A stretch of 64,000 nucleotides of DNA from NCBI GenBank assembly GCA_965205485.1, contig OZ242180.1, forward strand, positions 1,312,001-1,376,000, read 5' to 3'. This document shows positions 46,679-56,619 of this stretch, in pieces. The notes below the pieces were generated by a model. That model searched no databases. It was given only the letters and a program-made list of their open reading frames with translations, and was not told where the DNA came from. The position numbers and the translations under genes were made by a program. Positions within the stretch are counted from its first letter, which is position 1. Every line of letters begins with the position of its first letter. The stretch comes from Candidatus Latescibacterota bacterium. Lineage in GTDB: Bacteria > Latescibacterota > UBA2968 > GCA-2709665.

Positions 46679-47968
46679 ATGCCCGAAGAATACAAGATCA
46701 TCACCGAACGCTTCGGCGTCGAAGGCCTCCGGAATATAGACGTCTACAGGGCCCATGGCGGATACCGCGCTATTGAGAAGGCCTTTGGAATGTCGCAGGA
46801 CGAGGTGATCGACGAGGTGCGGGAGGCGGCGCTGGCGGGACGGGGAGGCGCGTGGTTTCCGGCAGGCGTAAAATGGGGCTTCATGCCGAAAGAGCCCCGT
46901 GAGCCCAGCTATCTCTGCGTCAATGCCGACGAGAGCGAACCGGGCACGTTCAAGGACCGGCACCTGATGGAGCAGGATCCGCATCAGATGCTCGAAGGCA
47001 CCATCATCGCGTCCTACGCGATGCGGGTGAGCGTGGCATACGTCTATATCCGCGGCGAAATGTTCGAGGCGAGGACGATCGTGGAACAGGCGATCGCCGA
47101 GGCGCGGGCAGCGGGATACATCGGCCGGGACATCCTGGGGTCCGGCTACGATCTGGAGGTCTACGTCCACCCCGGCGCCGGCGCATATATCTGCGGCGAG
47201 GAAATGGGTCTGATCCAGTCCCTTAACGGAAACCGCGCCGAGCCGCGTTCAAAGCCTCCGTTTCCCGCCCAGCAGGGCGTTTTCGAACGGCCCACCACGG
47301 TGAACAACGTCCAGACGCTTTCCTACGTACCCCATATCGTGAACCGGGGCGCGGACTGGTTCAAGGGAATCGGCAGCGAACGGTTTCCGGGCACGTTCAT
47401 CTTCTGCGTCAGCGGGCACGTGAACAGGCCGGGGATGTTCGAACTGGAAACCGGCGCGTTCACGATGCGCCAGATCATCGAGGATTTCGCGGGCGGCGTA
47501 CGCGACGGGCATGAACTGAAAGCCGTGATTCCGGGCGGGGCCTCAACACCTCCGATGACACCCGACCAGATCGATATCGTGATGGATCCGTCGAACTTTC
47601 TGGCGCCGGGCGGCGGCGAATTCCAGGGCATGTTCGGCACGGGCGGGATCATCGTGATGGATGAAACAACCTGCATGGTGGATGCGTTGTTGAATTTCAT
47701 GGTCTTCTTCGCGCACGAGTCCTGCGGTCAGTGTACGCCGTGCCGCGAGGGATGTCCCTGGGCGCGAGACATCGTGTGGCGGATCGAAAACGGTCTCGGG
47801 AAACCGGGCGACCTGGATACCCTGCTCGACGTTGCCCATAACGTCGGGCCGTTTTTGTGTCCGCCCTCGAGGTTGACAACCATATGCGGTTTCGGCGGGG
47901 CATTCGCAAATCCGATCCACGGATTCGTTCAAACGTTCCGCGACGAGTTCGAAGCCCATATCAAGTAA
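46679..47968 (+). CDS. nuoF: NADH-quinone oxidoreductase subunit F
   Basis: NADESEPGTFKDR, GAGAYICGEE, ESCGQCTPCREG...TIC. Confidence 0.95.
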   Translation: MPEEYKIITERFGVEGLRNIDVYRAHGGYRAIEKAFGMSQDEVIDEVREAALAGRGGAWFPAGVKWGFMPKEPREPSYLCVNADESEPGTFKDRHLMEQDPHQMLEGTIIASYAMRVSVAYVYIRGEMFEARTIVEQAIAEARAAGYIGRDILGSGYDLEVYVHPGAGAYICGEEMGLIQSLNGNRAEPRSKPPFPAQQGVFERPTTVNNVQTLSYVPHIVNRGADWFKGIGSERFPGTFIFCVSGHVNRPGMFELETGAFTMRQIIEDFAGGVRDGHELKAVIPGGASTPPMTPDQIDIVMDPSNFLAPGGGEFQGMFGTGGIIVMDETTCMVDALLNFMVFFAHESCGQCTPCREGCPWARDIVWRIENGLGKPGDLDTLLDVAHNVGPFLCPPSRLTTICGFGGAFANPIHGFVQTFRDEFEAHIK

Positions 47969-48020
47969 GAACGATGCCGCGGTCGCAGGACAAGCCAATT
48001 TGGTTCCAGGGTAAACAACT

Positions 48021-49637
48021 ATGCCGACATTTACGATAGATGGCAGTGAAATCGAAATCGTTCCCGGAAAGAACGTGCTCCAGACGGCGATCGATAACGG
48101 AATATTCGTTCCGCACTACTGCTACCACCCGGGGCTGAGCGCGCCCGCAAACTGCCGCATGTGCCTTGTGGAGATGGAGGTGGGCGGCCGAAGCAGCCTT
48201 GGTCCTTCCTGCTCCGCCATGCCTGCCGAGGGTATGGTCGTGGATACGCAGTCCGACGTCGTCAAGGAAAACCAGAATGCCGTGATGGAGTTCCTGTTGG
48301 TGAACCATCCTCTGGACTGTCCCGTGTGCGATCAGTCCGGAGAGTGCGAACTACAGGATTACAGCTATACCTACGGATCCGACAGGAGCCGGTATCACGA
48401 GAAGAAGCTGGTCCAGCCCAAGAAAGACGTCGGCCGGCACGTGTTGTTGTATTCCGACCGGTGCATCCGGTGTACCCGCTGTACCCGGTTCTGCGACGAG
48501 ATTTCGGGGACCGGCGAACTGGGGTATTTCAACCGGGGCGTCCATAACGAGATCGACGTCTTCCCGGGCGCGCGGATGGACAATCGCCTGTCCGGCAATA
48601 CGGTGGATATCTGCCCGGTGGGCGCGCTGCTGGACAAGTCGTTCCTTTTCAAGCAGCGTGTATGGTTTCTGAAGTCGGTTGACACCATCTGCCCCGGATG
48701 CAGCACGGGCTGCAACATCAGGGCCGATTACAACAACGAACGGATCTACCGGCTCGTGCCGCGTCAGAATCCGGACGTGAACGAGTACTGGATGTGTGAC
48801 GACGGCCGCCACGGGTGGGGTTATGTACACGGCGACGACCGGCTTCTGTTTCCGATGTTGGGAAGAGGCGAGGAACAGGAACTGGCGTTGTGGGAGGCCG
48901 CACTGGACGCGGCAAGGGCAGGGTTCGAACGCATTCGGACGGATTACGGCGAGAATGCCGTGGCCGGTATTGCGTCGGCCTGTCTCACCAACGAAGAGCA
49001 TTACCTGTTCGGAAGCCTCTTCCGGAGCGGGCTGGCCGGAGGCCCCGTCGCGGTTCGTAACCGCGTCAGCGACGAAGGCGACGTGGTGTTCAAGGGCGGT
49101 TTCACCATTCACGCCGACAAGTCTCCGAACGCACGCGGCGCGCGGACCGTACTCGAGGGTCTTGGGTTGTCTCCGGTCGATACCTCCGAGATCTGGCGCG
49201 GCGTGGCCGATGGACGGATTCGGGGACTCTACCTGGCGGGCGGCGATCCGCTGGAATCGTTGTCCGACGAGGAACAGGCGGCACTCTCATCATTGGAATT
49301 CCTGGTCGTTCAGGATGTTCTGACCCGCGATTGGACGGCGATGGCGGACGTGGTCCTTCCCGGCGCGGCCTTTATCGAGAAGGACGGCACGTTTACAAAC
49401 GTCGACGGGCGGGTGCAGCGTATAAGGCAGGGCCTGGCGCCAGCGGGCGATGCGCGGCCCGACTGGGAGATCCTGCGGGACGTCAACCGTGTGATGGGGG
49501 GCGAGGCTGCGCAGACCGGGGTCGAAGAGGTCATGGCCGACATGTCGAATGCCATCGCGGCTTTCAGAGGGATGGACTACGACGTTATCGGTGAAGAGGG
49601 CCGACCGCTCATTGAGATCGAGGCATCGGGGACGTAA
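48021..49637 (+). CDS. nuoG: NADH-quinone oxidoreductase subunit G (short form, with N7 motif)
   Basis: CYHPGL...NCRMCLVE, HPLDCPVCDQSGEC, CIRCTRC...CPVGAL, CPGCSTGC...C, EKDGTFTNVDGRVQ. Confidence 0.93.
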   Translation: MPTFTIDGSEIEIVPGKNVLQTAIDNGIFVPHYCYHPGLSAPANCRMCLVEMEVGGRSSLGPSCSAMPAEGMVVDTQSDVVKENQNAVMEFLLVNHPLDCPVCDQSGECELQDYSYTYGSDRSRYHEKKLVQPKKDVGRHVLLYSDRCIRCTRCTRFCDEISGTGELGYFNRGVHNEIDVFPGARMDNRLSGNTVDICPVGALLDKSFLFKQRVWFLKSVDTICPGCSTGCNIRADYNNERIYRLVPRQNPDVNEYWMCDDGRHGWGYVHGDDRLLFPMLGRGEEQELALWEAALDAARAGFERIRTDYGENAVAGIASACLTNEEHYLFGSLFRSGLAGGPVAVRNRVSDEGDVVFKGGFTIHADKSPNARGARTVLEGLGLSPVDTSEIWRGVADGRIRGLYLAGGDPLESLSDEEQAALSSLEFLVVQDVLTRDWTAMADVVLPGAAFIEKDGTFTNVDGRVQRIRQGLAPAGDARPDWEILRDVNRVMGGEAAQTGVEEVMADMSNAIAAFRGMDYDVIGEEGRPLIEIEASGT

Positions 49638-49651
49638 CACCGGGCGCACTT

Positions 49652-50692
49652 ATGGACTTCGCCATTGAAAGTACAGTCAAGATCGTTGTGGTATTCGGCG
49701 GGCTCATGGGCGCGGTCGCCTATCTCGTACTGGCGGAGCGGAAGATCAGCGCATATATCCAGAACCGTCTGGGTCCGAACCGGGTGGGGCCGTGGGGATT
49801 GCTCCAGCCGATTGCCGACGGTCTCAAGTTTCTCTTCAAGGAAGACGTGATCCCCCGGCACGTGAACCGCTTCGTCTATCTTGCCGCGCCGCCCGCCATT
49901 CTCGTCCCCGCGCTGATGGGTTTCGCCATCGTGCCGTTCGGTGACTCCATTACCCTGTGGGGCCGCGAGATCCGGCTGCAGATCGCGGACGTGAATATTG
50001 GTATCCTCTATCTCCTTGCACTGGCGTCGCTGGGGGTCTACGGCGTCGTTCTTGGCGGCTGGGCGTCCAACAACAAGTATGCCCTGCTGGGCGGGCTGCG
50101 GGCGTCCGCTCAGATGATCAGCTACGAACTGGCGCTCGGGTTGTCGCTGATCGGCGTGCTGATGGCCGCGGGCACGTTGCAACTGAATGAAATCGTCATG
50201 CAGCAGTCGGAACGGACGCTGTTCGGTTTTCTGCCTGGATGGAACGTATTCACGCAGCCGCTCGGGTTCGTGTTGTTCACCGCTGCCGCGTTCGCCGAGA
50301 GCAACCGGCTGCCGTTCGATCTGCCGGAGTCCGAACAGGAACTGGTGGCCGGATATCACGCCGAGTACAGCAGTATGAAGTTCGCCATGTTCTTCATGGC
50401 CGAGTATGCCCATATGATCACGGCGTCGGCCGTTATCGCCACGCTGTTCTTCGGTGGCTGGCATATGCCCTGGCTGGTGGACCCCGGAAGTACCTCGATT
50501 GGCGCCAGCCTGCTCAAGGTACTCGCTTTTCTGGTCAAGACCGGATTCTTCATGTTCCTGTTCCTGTGGGTACGCTGGACCCTTCCGCGCTTCCGGTACG
50601 ATCAGGTGATGTGGCTGGGGTGGAAGGTGCTGCTGCCGCTGGCGCTTCTGAACGTCTTCTTGACCGGGCTTTATCTGACACTAACGTACTGA
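49652..50692 (+). CDS. nuoH: NADH-quinone oxidoreductase subunit H
   Basis: ERKISAYIQNRLGPNRVGPWGLLQPIADGLK, NRLPFDLPESEQELVAGY, RWTLPRFRYDQ. Confidence 0.97.
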   Translation: MDFAIESTVKIVVVFGGLMGAVAYLVLAERKISAYIQNRLGPNRVGPWGLLQPIADGLKFLFKEDVIPRHVNRFVYLAAPPAILVPALMGFAIVPFGDSITLWGREIRLQIADVNIGILYLLALASLGVYGVVLGGWASNNKYALLGGLRASAQMISYELALGLSLIGVLMAAGTLQLNEIVMQQSERTLFGFLPGWNVFTQPLGFVLFTAAAFAESNRLPFDLPESEQELVAGYHAEYSSMKFAMFFMAEYAHMITASAVIATLFFGGWHMPWLVDPGSTSIGASLLKVLAFLVKTGFFMFLFLWVRWTLPRFRYDQVMWLGWKVLLPLALLNVFLTGLYLTLTY

Positions 50693-50701
50693 GTGACACT
50701 G

Positions 50702-50865
50702 AGAAGCTGTTTTAAAACTCCCGGCGGTCTTCGCGCGGCTGCAAAAGCGCCGGTCGGCGTTGGTCAAACCCACCCGTATCCTTAGATATGGGCGGCTTTT
50801 CCCGCCTTGACCGCCACTTTTTCGCTCGCGATCGGGAACTCACCGGTAATTTTAAAACAGCTTCT
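50702..50865 (-). mobile_element. MITE family 2, copy 2 (164 bp), at the usual nuoI position
   Basis: Perfect 16-bp TIR AGAAGCTGTTTTAAAA / TTTTAAAACAGCTTCT; inverted homolog of 31656-31844. Confidence 0.85.
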
Positions 50866-50889
50866 AAGCGGCGCCCTGCGGGAGGGATA

Positions 50890-51426
50890 ATGGAGCAAAT
50901 ATTCTTTTTCGTTTTTGCCGCAATCGCGCTGGTTGCGGCAGTGCTCCTCGTCGCGTTTCGAAATCCGGTCTACAGCGCCCTGTCTCTGGTGGCTGCGTTC
51001 TTCGCCCTGGCAGGGCTTTTTGTTTTGCTGAATGCGTATTTCCTGGCGGTGGTCCAGATTATCGTGTACGCCGGCGCAATCATGGTACTCTTCCTGTTCG
51101 TAATCATGCTTCTGAACCTGGGTCATTCCGACACCCTTGAGCGCGTCGCGGGCAAATATCGACGCGTCGCCGTTGTCCTTCTCGCGGCGGCTCTGGTGGC
51201 GCAACTGGGCTTCATGGCAGGACGGCGCTGGGTCGGCACGCCCGCGTCGGGAGAGGCGCCGCTGTTTACCGACAACATCAACGCCATCGGCAAAATGCTG
51301 TATACCAGGTATCTGTTTCCCTTCGAGGTGGTTTCCCTGATTCTGCTGGTCGCCCTGATCGGCGTGATGGTCATGGTGAAAGGGGACCGGGAAAGCGGAG
51401 GAAACCAGTCCCGGCAGGCGCCCTGA
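50890..51426 (+). CDS. nuoJ: NADH-quinone oxidoreductase subunit J
   Basis: RNPVYSAL, QIIVYAGAIMVLFLFVIMLL, YLFPFE; SD GGAGG before ATG 50890. Confidence 0.95.
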   Translation: MEQIFFFVFAAIALVAAVLLVAFRNPVYSALSLVAAFFALAGLFVLLNAYFLAVVQIIVYAGAIMVLFLFVIMLLNLGHSDTLERVAGKYRRVAVVLLAAALVAQLGFMAGRRWVGTPASGEAPLFTDNINAIGKMLYTRYLFPFEVVSLILLVALIGVMVMVKGDRESGGNQSRQAP

Positions 51427-51746
51427 TTCGTCCGGGCGCAAACGTTCGTTTTTCGTTTTCTCCGCAAATTCGCGATAGATTTTTAACATCATGAATAGTT
51501 CACAAAATCGGGTGGTGACGTTTAATCATTGCCTGTATTTCAACGGTTATAGTGTAGAGTTCACCGAAAGCATCTGCTAACGTGTGATCGGGATGTTCGG
51601 CGCAACTCTGTGTGGAGCACCTTAGACGGACTCTTCCTCATAGCCAGGAATAGGGTGTACGACAGCCTTTGGATTCTTATCCTGTTCATCCTGTTCATCC
51701 ATGTAAGATCTGAGTATTTGAATTAAATAGGAACAGTGAGATCGAG

Positions 51747-52052
51747 ATGGCAGTTCCGGTTACCTATTACCTGATACTGAGCGCGATGCTGTTCGCCATC
51801 GGCGTGACGGGCGTGCTGATTCGCCGCAACGCGATCGTAATCTTCATGTGCATCGAACTGATGCTGAACGCGGTCAATCTCCTGTTTGTGACGATGGCGC
51901 GCTATATGGGTTCGGGTTCCGGGCAGGTATTCGTATTTTTCGTGATGGCGGTGTCCGCTGCCGAAGTGGCGGTCGGACTGGCGATCATCATTGCGCTTTA
52001 CAGGAACAGGCAGACTTTGGACGTGGGTGACGTGAATCTGTTGAAATGGTAG
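51747..52052 (+). CDS. nuoK: NADH-quinone oxidoreductase subunit K
   Basis: [29 protein letters not shown]. Confidence 0.97.
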   Translation: MAVPVTYYLILSAMLFAIGVTGVLIRRNAIVIFMCIELMLNAVNLLFVTMARYMGSGSGQVFVFFVMAVSAAEVAVGLAIIIALYRNRQTLDVGDVNLLKW

Positions 52053-52095
52053 GCGCCGCGTTTTACCCTGTCTGTTGATTTGTGTGGAATTGAAA

Positions 52096-53955
52096 ATGCT
52101 TACCGTAGTCATTCTGATCGTTCTCTTTCCGCTGGCCGGCGCGGCCGTTAACGGTTTGTTCGGGTACCGGCTGCGGCAGGCGTCAGGATATATTGGCGCC
52201 GCGGCGGTCGGTCTGTCGTGGGTTCTGTCTCTGCGCGTTCTGTTCTGGGTGATGGGCGGTGGAGAACTGAACGAAGACGTGTACGCGTGGATCGTGGCGG
52301 GCTCGTTCCATGCCTCGGTGGGGTTCCAGGTCGATGCACTGTCGACGATCATGATCGTGACGGTGACGACGATCTCGTTTCTGATCCATGTGTATTCTTT
52401 CGGATATATGCGCAACGACCCGGGGTTTGCCAGATTCTTCGCCTACCTCAACCTGTTTGTGTTCTCTATGCTGGTTCTGGTGCTCGCGAACAACTATCTG
52501 CTGATGTTCGTGGGTTGGGAAGGCGTTGGATTGTGTTCATATCTCCTCATCGGCTTCTGGTACGAGCGGAAATCCGCTTCCGACGCCGGCAAAAAGGCGT
52601 TCATCGTCAACCGGATCGGGGATTTCGGTTTCCTGCTTGGCATCTTTCTGATGGCGAGTTACCTGGGCACGGTGCAGTACGCCGAGGTATTCGAAAAGGC
52701 GCCCCTGATGTTGTCCACGGGGGTTGCGACGGCGATTGCGCTGTTGCTCTTTCTCGGCGCCTGCGGCAAGTCGGCGCAGTTTCCGCTTTACGTCTGGCTG
52801 CCGGACGCAATGGAGGGCCCCACGCCCGTCAGTTCATTGATCCATGCGGCGACCATGGTCACGGCGGGGGTCTATATGGTGGCCCGTTCGAATGTGCTGT
52901 ATACCCTCGCGCCCACCGCCGGGGCCGTGGTGGCCTGGGTCGGCGTCGCCACGGCGTTGCTGGCCGCGACCATCGCGCTGGTGAATACCGACATCAAACG
53001 CGTCCTGGCCTATTCAACGGTCAGCCAGCTGGGGTACATGTTCATTGGCGTGGGCGTCGGCGCATATACCGCCGGAATCTTCCACCTGTTCACACACGCG
53101 TTCTTCAAGGGTTTGATGTTTCTGGCCGCCGGCAGTGTGATGCACGCGATGCAGGACGAGCTGGATATGCGGAAGATGGGAGGGCTGCTGGGCAGGATGC
53201 GGGTGACCGGCGTAACGTTCTGGATCGGCGCGCTCGCCATCGCGGGAATCCCGCCGCTTGCGGGCTTCTGGAGCAAGGACGAAATCCTGGTGAGCGCCTA
53301 CCGCTCCGGAAACGTGGCGATCTGGGCTCTGGGCGTCCTGGGGGCGGTCCTTACGGCTTTTTATATGTTCCGGCTGATCCTGATGACTTTCCATGGAAAA
53401 CCCCGGGATCAGCGCCTGTACGACCACGCTCACGAGTCGCCGGCGAACATGACCGTCCCGCTGATCGTTCTGGCGCTGGGATCGGCCTTTGTGGGATTCG
53501 TGGGCGTTCCCCCGGGTCACGGCTGGATCGATGGGTTCCTGAGCGGTACGACCGGTGCGGCCCACCATGCGGCATCGGGAGGATTGTCCGGCGGCATGCT
53601 GGTGGGTATTTCCGTCCTTGCGGGCCTGGTGGGAATCGGACTCGCATACCGGATGCACAGAGAAGGCCGGCTGGGAGCGGCATCCTCGAACGCCGTTCAC
53701 GGGCTGCTGATACGCAAGTGGTACGTGGACGAGATTTACGACGCCCTCATCGTCCGGCCGATTCATCGGCTATCGCTGGTACTGGCGCGGGTTCTGGATG
53801 CAATCGTGGTGGACGGAATCGCGAACGGGCTGGGCCTGCTGGTGAAGGGCGCGGGCTGGGTCGTTACCCGCTTTCAGTCCGGCAACGCGCCCACCTATGC
53901 GCTCTGGATGGTAATCGGCGTGGTCGCGGTAATCTACTACGTCTCGGGGAACTGA
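52096..53955 (+). CDS. nuoL: NADH-quinone oxidoreductase subunit L
   Basis: GWEGVGLCSYLLIGFW, KSAQFPLYVWLPDAMEGPTPVSSLIHAATMV, THAFFK, KWYVDEIYD lateral helix. Confidence 0.96.
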   Translation: MLTVVILIVLFPLAGAAVNGLFGYRLRQASGYIGAAAVGLSWVLSLRVLFWVMGGGELNEDVYAWIVAGSFHASVGFQVDALSTIMIVTVTTISFLIHVYSFGYMRNDPGFARFFAYLNLFVFSMLVLVLANNYLLMFVGWEGVGLCSYLLIGFWYERKSASDAGKKAFIVNRIGDFGFLLGIFLMASYLGTVQYAEVFEKAPLMLSTGVATAIALLLFLGACGKSAQFPLYVWLPDAMEGPTPVSSLIHAATMVTAGVYMVARSNVLYTLAPTAGAVVAWVGVATALLAATIALVNTDIKRVLAYSTVSQLGYMFIGVGVGAYTAGIFHLFTHAFFKGLMFLAAGSVMHAMQDELDMRKMGGLLGRMRVTGVTFWIGALAIAGIPPLAGFWSKDEILVSAYRSGNVAIWALGVLGAVLTAFYMFRLILMTFHGKPRDQRLYDHAHESPANMTVPLIVLALGSAFVGFVGVPPGHGWIDGFLSGTTGAAHHAASGGLSGGMLVGISVLAGLVGIGLAYRMHREGRLGAASSNAVHGLLIRKWYVDEIYDALIVRPIHRLSLVLARVLDAIVVDGIANGLGLLVKGAGWVVTRFQSGNAPTYALWMVIGVVAVIYYVSGN

Positions 53956-53959
53956 ACCT

Positions 53960-55486
53960 ATGCCTGGACTCCTTACAGGCCTGATTTTTGTACCATTGTT
54001 TGGCGGTGTTCTGGTCCTGCTGTTCGGTCGCGGCCGGGACGGATTCAGCCGCGTGTTCGCTCTGGCAGCGGCATCTGTGAATTTGCTGCTGTCCTTTTTG
54101 TTGTACGCCGATTTCAGAGCAGGCGTTCCCGGGATGCAGTTTGTGGAAAGGGTTGAGTGGGTGGGCCAGTTCGGCATCTCGTATTTCGTGGGAATCGACG
54201 GAATCAGTCTGTTGCTGGTACTGGTGACTACCCTGCTCACGTTCCTGGCGATTCTCGCCTCCTGGTCGTCGATTACGTCCCGGGTGCGGGAGTACATGGC
54301 GTCGATGCTTCTGCTGGAAACCGGGATGGTGGGGGTGTTCTGTGCCCTGGACCTGTTCCTCTTCTATGTTTTCTGGGAGGCCATGCTGATTCCGATGTAT
54401 TTGTTGATCGGCGTCTGGGGCGGTGAACGCCGGATCTATGCGGCGGTGAAGTTCGTGCTGTTCACCCTGGCCGGCAGCCTGTTGATGCTCGTGGCGATTG
54501 TCTATCTCGGTCTGCAGTACGATACATTCGATCTCATGGTTCTACAGAAGATGACCTATCTGCACCCGCAGCAGCACTGGCTTTTCCTGGCATTTTTCCT
54601 GAGTTTCGCCATCAAGGTCCCGCTGTTTCCGCTTCATACATGGTTGCCGGACGCGCACGTCGAGGCGCCAACGGCGGGCAGTGTCATCCTCGCGGGGGTT
54701 CTGCTCAAGATGGGGACCTACGGGTTGATCCGGTTCTGCCTGCCGTTGTTCCCGCTGGCGGCATTGTACTTCACGCCTTACATCATGGCGCTCTCCGTGG
54801 TCGGCATCGTGTACGGCGCCCTGGTCGCGATGGTACAGACGGATATCAAGAAACTGGTGGCTTACTCGAGTGTGAGCCACCTGGGGTTTGTGGTCCTTGG
54901 CATTTTCGCCATGAATGCCCAGGGTATGCAGGGCGGAATCATCCAGATGGTGAACCACGGACTGTCAACGGGAGCGCTGTTTCTGATTGTGGGTATGATA
55001 TACGAACGGCGGCATACGCGGCTGATTGCCGATTTCGGAGGACTGGCCAAAACCATTCCGGTATTCGCCACCTTCTTTTTGATTACAACGCTTTCTTCCA
55101 TCGGACTTCCCGGGCTGAACGGGTTTGTCGGCGAGTTTCTGATCCTCCTCGGAGCCTTTAAGGCAAACATGGTGTATGGCATCATAGCCGCGTCGGGTGT
55201 CGTCCTTGCCGCCGTTTACATGCTGTGGATGTTCCAGCGCGTGGTGTGGGGAGAGGTGACGGACGAACGTAACCGGAAACTGCCGGACCTGACCCCGCGC
55301 GAATGGCTCATCCTGACGCCGCTCGTGGTCCTGATGTTCTGGATTGGCCTGTACCCGGGAACATTTCTGAAGAAAACGGAATTGTCGGCCAAACTCGTGG
55401 TAGAACAGGTGCGCATACGGCAGATAGAAAGCCTGAACGAACTATACGTGTTGGATCGCAAAGACGAGAAAGACCTGATCGAATGA
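53960..55486 (+). CDS. nuoM: NADH-quinone oxidoreductase subunit M
   Basis: FWEAMLIPMY, KVPLFPLHTWLPDAHVEAPTAGSVILAGVLLKMG, GFVGEF. Confidence 0.96.
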   Translation: MPGLLTGLIFVPLFGGVLVLLFGRGRDGFSRVFALAAASVNLLLSFLLYADFRAGVPGMQFVERVEWVGQFGISYFVGIDGISLLLVLVTTLLTFLAILASWSSITSRVREYMASMLLLETGMVGVFCALDLFLFYVFWEAMLIPMYLLIGVWGGERRIYAAVKFVLFTLAGSLLMLVAIVYLGLQYDTFDLMVLQKMTYLHPQQHWLFLAFFLSFAIKVPLFPLHTWLPDAHVEAPTAGSVILAGVLLKMGTYGLIRFCLPLFPLAALYFTPYIMALSVVGIVYGALVAMVQTDIKKLVAYSSVSHLGFVVLGIFAMNAQGMQGGIIQMVNHGLSTGALFLIVGMIYERRHTRLIADFGGLAKTIPVFATFFLITTLSSIGLPGLNGFVGEFLILLGAFKANMVYGIIAASGVVLAAVYMLWMFQRVVWGEVTDERNRKLPDLTPREWLILTPLVVLMFWIGLYPGTFLKKTELSAKLVVEQVRIRQIESLNELYVLDRKDEKDLIE

Positions 55487-55553
55487 ACCGGACGTCGGGT
55501 GCGTTCGGCCGTTGCACAACGTGTCGTGGAGGAAATCGGGTTTGAGAGTTCTG

Positions 55554-56027
55554 ATGAGTCTCGGCGTTGTATTGTTCGGTGTATGGCTGCTCTGGTCTGG
55601 CCACTATACCATCGAACGTACGCTGGTTCTCGTGCTTGGGATCGTCTCCTGTCTGGCGGTGATCGGCATCGTCAGGCGGATGGGCATTGTCGATTCCGAG
55701 GGGCATCCCATCCACCTGGCAGGCCGTGCAATCGTGTACGTTCCGTGGCTGCTGCTTGCCATTCTCCGGTCCAATGTCGACGTGACATTGCGAATCCTGA
55801 ATCCACGCCTGCCCGTCAGCCCCACCCTGATTCGTACCAGGGCAACCCAGAAGACCGCGATGGGCAAGGTCATCTACGCCAACTCGATAACGCTCACTCC
55901 CGGGACGGTTTCGGTAGAAGTGGAGAACGACTTTATTCTCGTCCACGCGCTCTCGCGAGAAAGCGCCGAAGAACTCGCGGACGGTGAAATGGACCGCCGC
56001 GTACGGGCGGTGGAGGGAGGGTCCTGA
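55554..56027 (+). CDS. mrpE: Mrp/Mnh antiporter subunit E
   Basis: WLLWSGH, YANSITLTPGTVS, VHAL; start ATG 55554 or TTG 55512. Confidence 0.92.
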   Translation: MSLGVVLFGVWLLWSGHYTIERTLVLVLGIVSCLAVIGIVRRMGIVDSEGHPIHLAGRAIVYVPWLLLAILRSNVDVTLRILNPRLPVSPTLIRTRATQKTAMGKVIYANSITLTPGTVSVEVENDFILVHALSRESAEELADGEMDRRVRAVEGGS

Positions 56028-56314
56028 TGTTTGCGGCGGCGATGGCGGCGATTCTGATCACGATGGTTCTGGCTCTGGTTCGGGCGTTCGCGGGTCCGAC
56101 GGTTTACGACCGTATCCTCGCCGCGAATATGTTCGGCACCAAGATGATCCTCCTGATCGCGGTGATGGGCTTTCTTACCGGCAGGCCGGATTTTCTCGAC
56201 CTGGCGCTGATATACGTCCTGCTGAACTTCATCGGGACGTTTGCCGTACTCAAGTTCGTTCAGTACGGCAGTTTCGGTGCAGCTGACGGCGAGAACGGAG
56301 AGTCCACCGGATGA
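56027..56314 (+). CDS. mrpF: Mrp/Mnh antiporter subunit F
   Basis: RAFAGPTVYDRILA, LDLALIY.LLNFIGT. Confidence 0.92.
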   Translation: MFAAAMAAILITMVLALVRAFAGPTVYDRILAANMFGTKMILLIAVMGFLTGRPDFLDLALIYVLLNFIGTFAVLKFVQYGSFGAADGENGESTG

Positions 56315-56619
56315 TGGTCATCTATGTCGCCAGCTGGGCATGTCTGCTCCTGGGGTCGTTCTTCTGTATCGTGGGCGGTATCGGGCTGCTCAGACTTCCC
56401 GATTTCTACAGCCGCATGCACGGCGCCGGCATTACCGATACGCTCGGCGCCGGGCTCTTGCTCGTGGGGCTGATGCTGCAGGGCGGCCTCAGCATGGTCA
56501 CCGTGAAACTGTTTCTGATCCTCCTGCTGGTCTTCTTGACCGGCCCCGCATCGACCCATGCGGTTGCAAAGGCCGCCTTCACCTCCGGGTTGAAGCCTCT
56601 GGATAATCACCAGCCATGA
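56311..56619 (+). CDS. mrpG: Mrp/Mnh antiporter subunit G
   Basis: GLLRLPDFYSRMH, DTLGAG, PASTHAVAKAA. Confidence 0.92.
   Translation: MMVIYVASWACLLLGSFFCIVGGIGLLRLPDFYSRMHGAGITDTLGAGLLLVGLMLQGGLSMVTVKLFLILLLVFLTGPASTHAVAKAAFTSGLKPLDNHQP

Noticed and set aside
52218..53984. 588-aa alternative-frame ORF over nuoL
   Set aside because: Arg/Gly/Pro-rich off-frame translation of a GC-rich gene.
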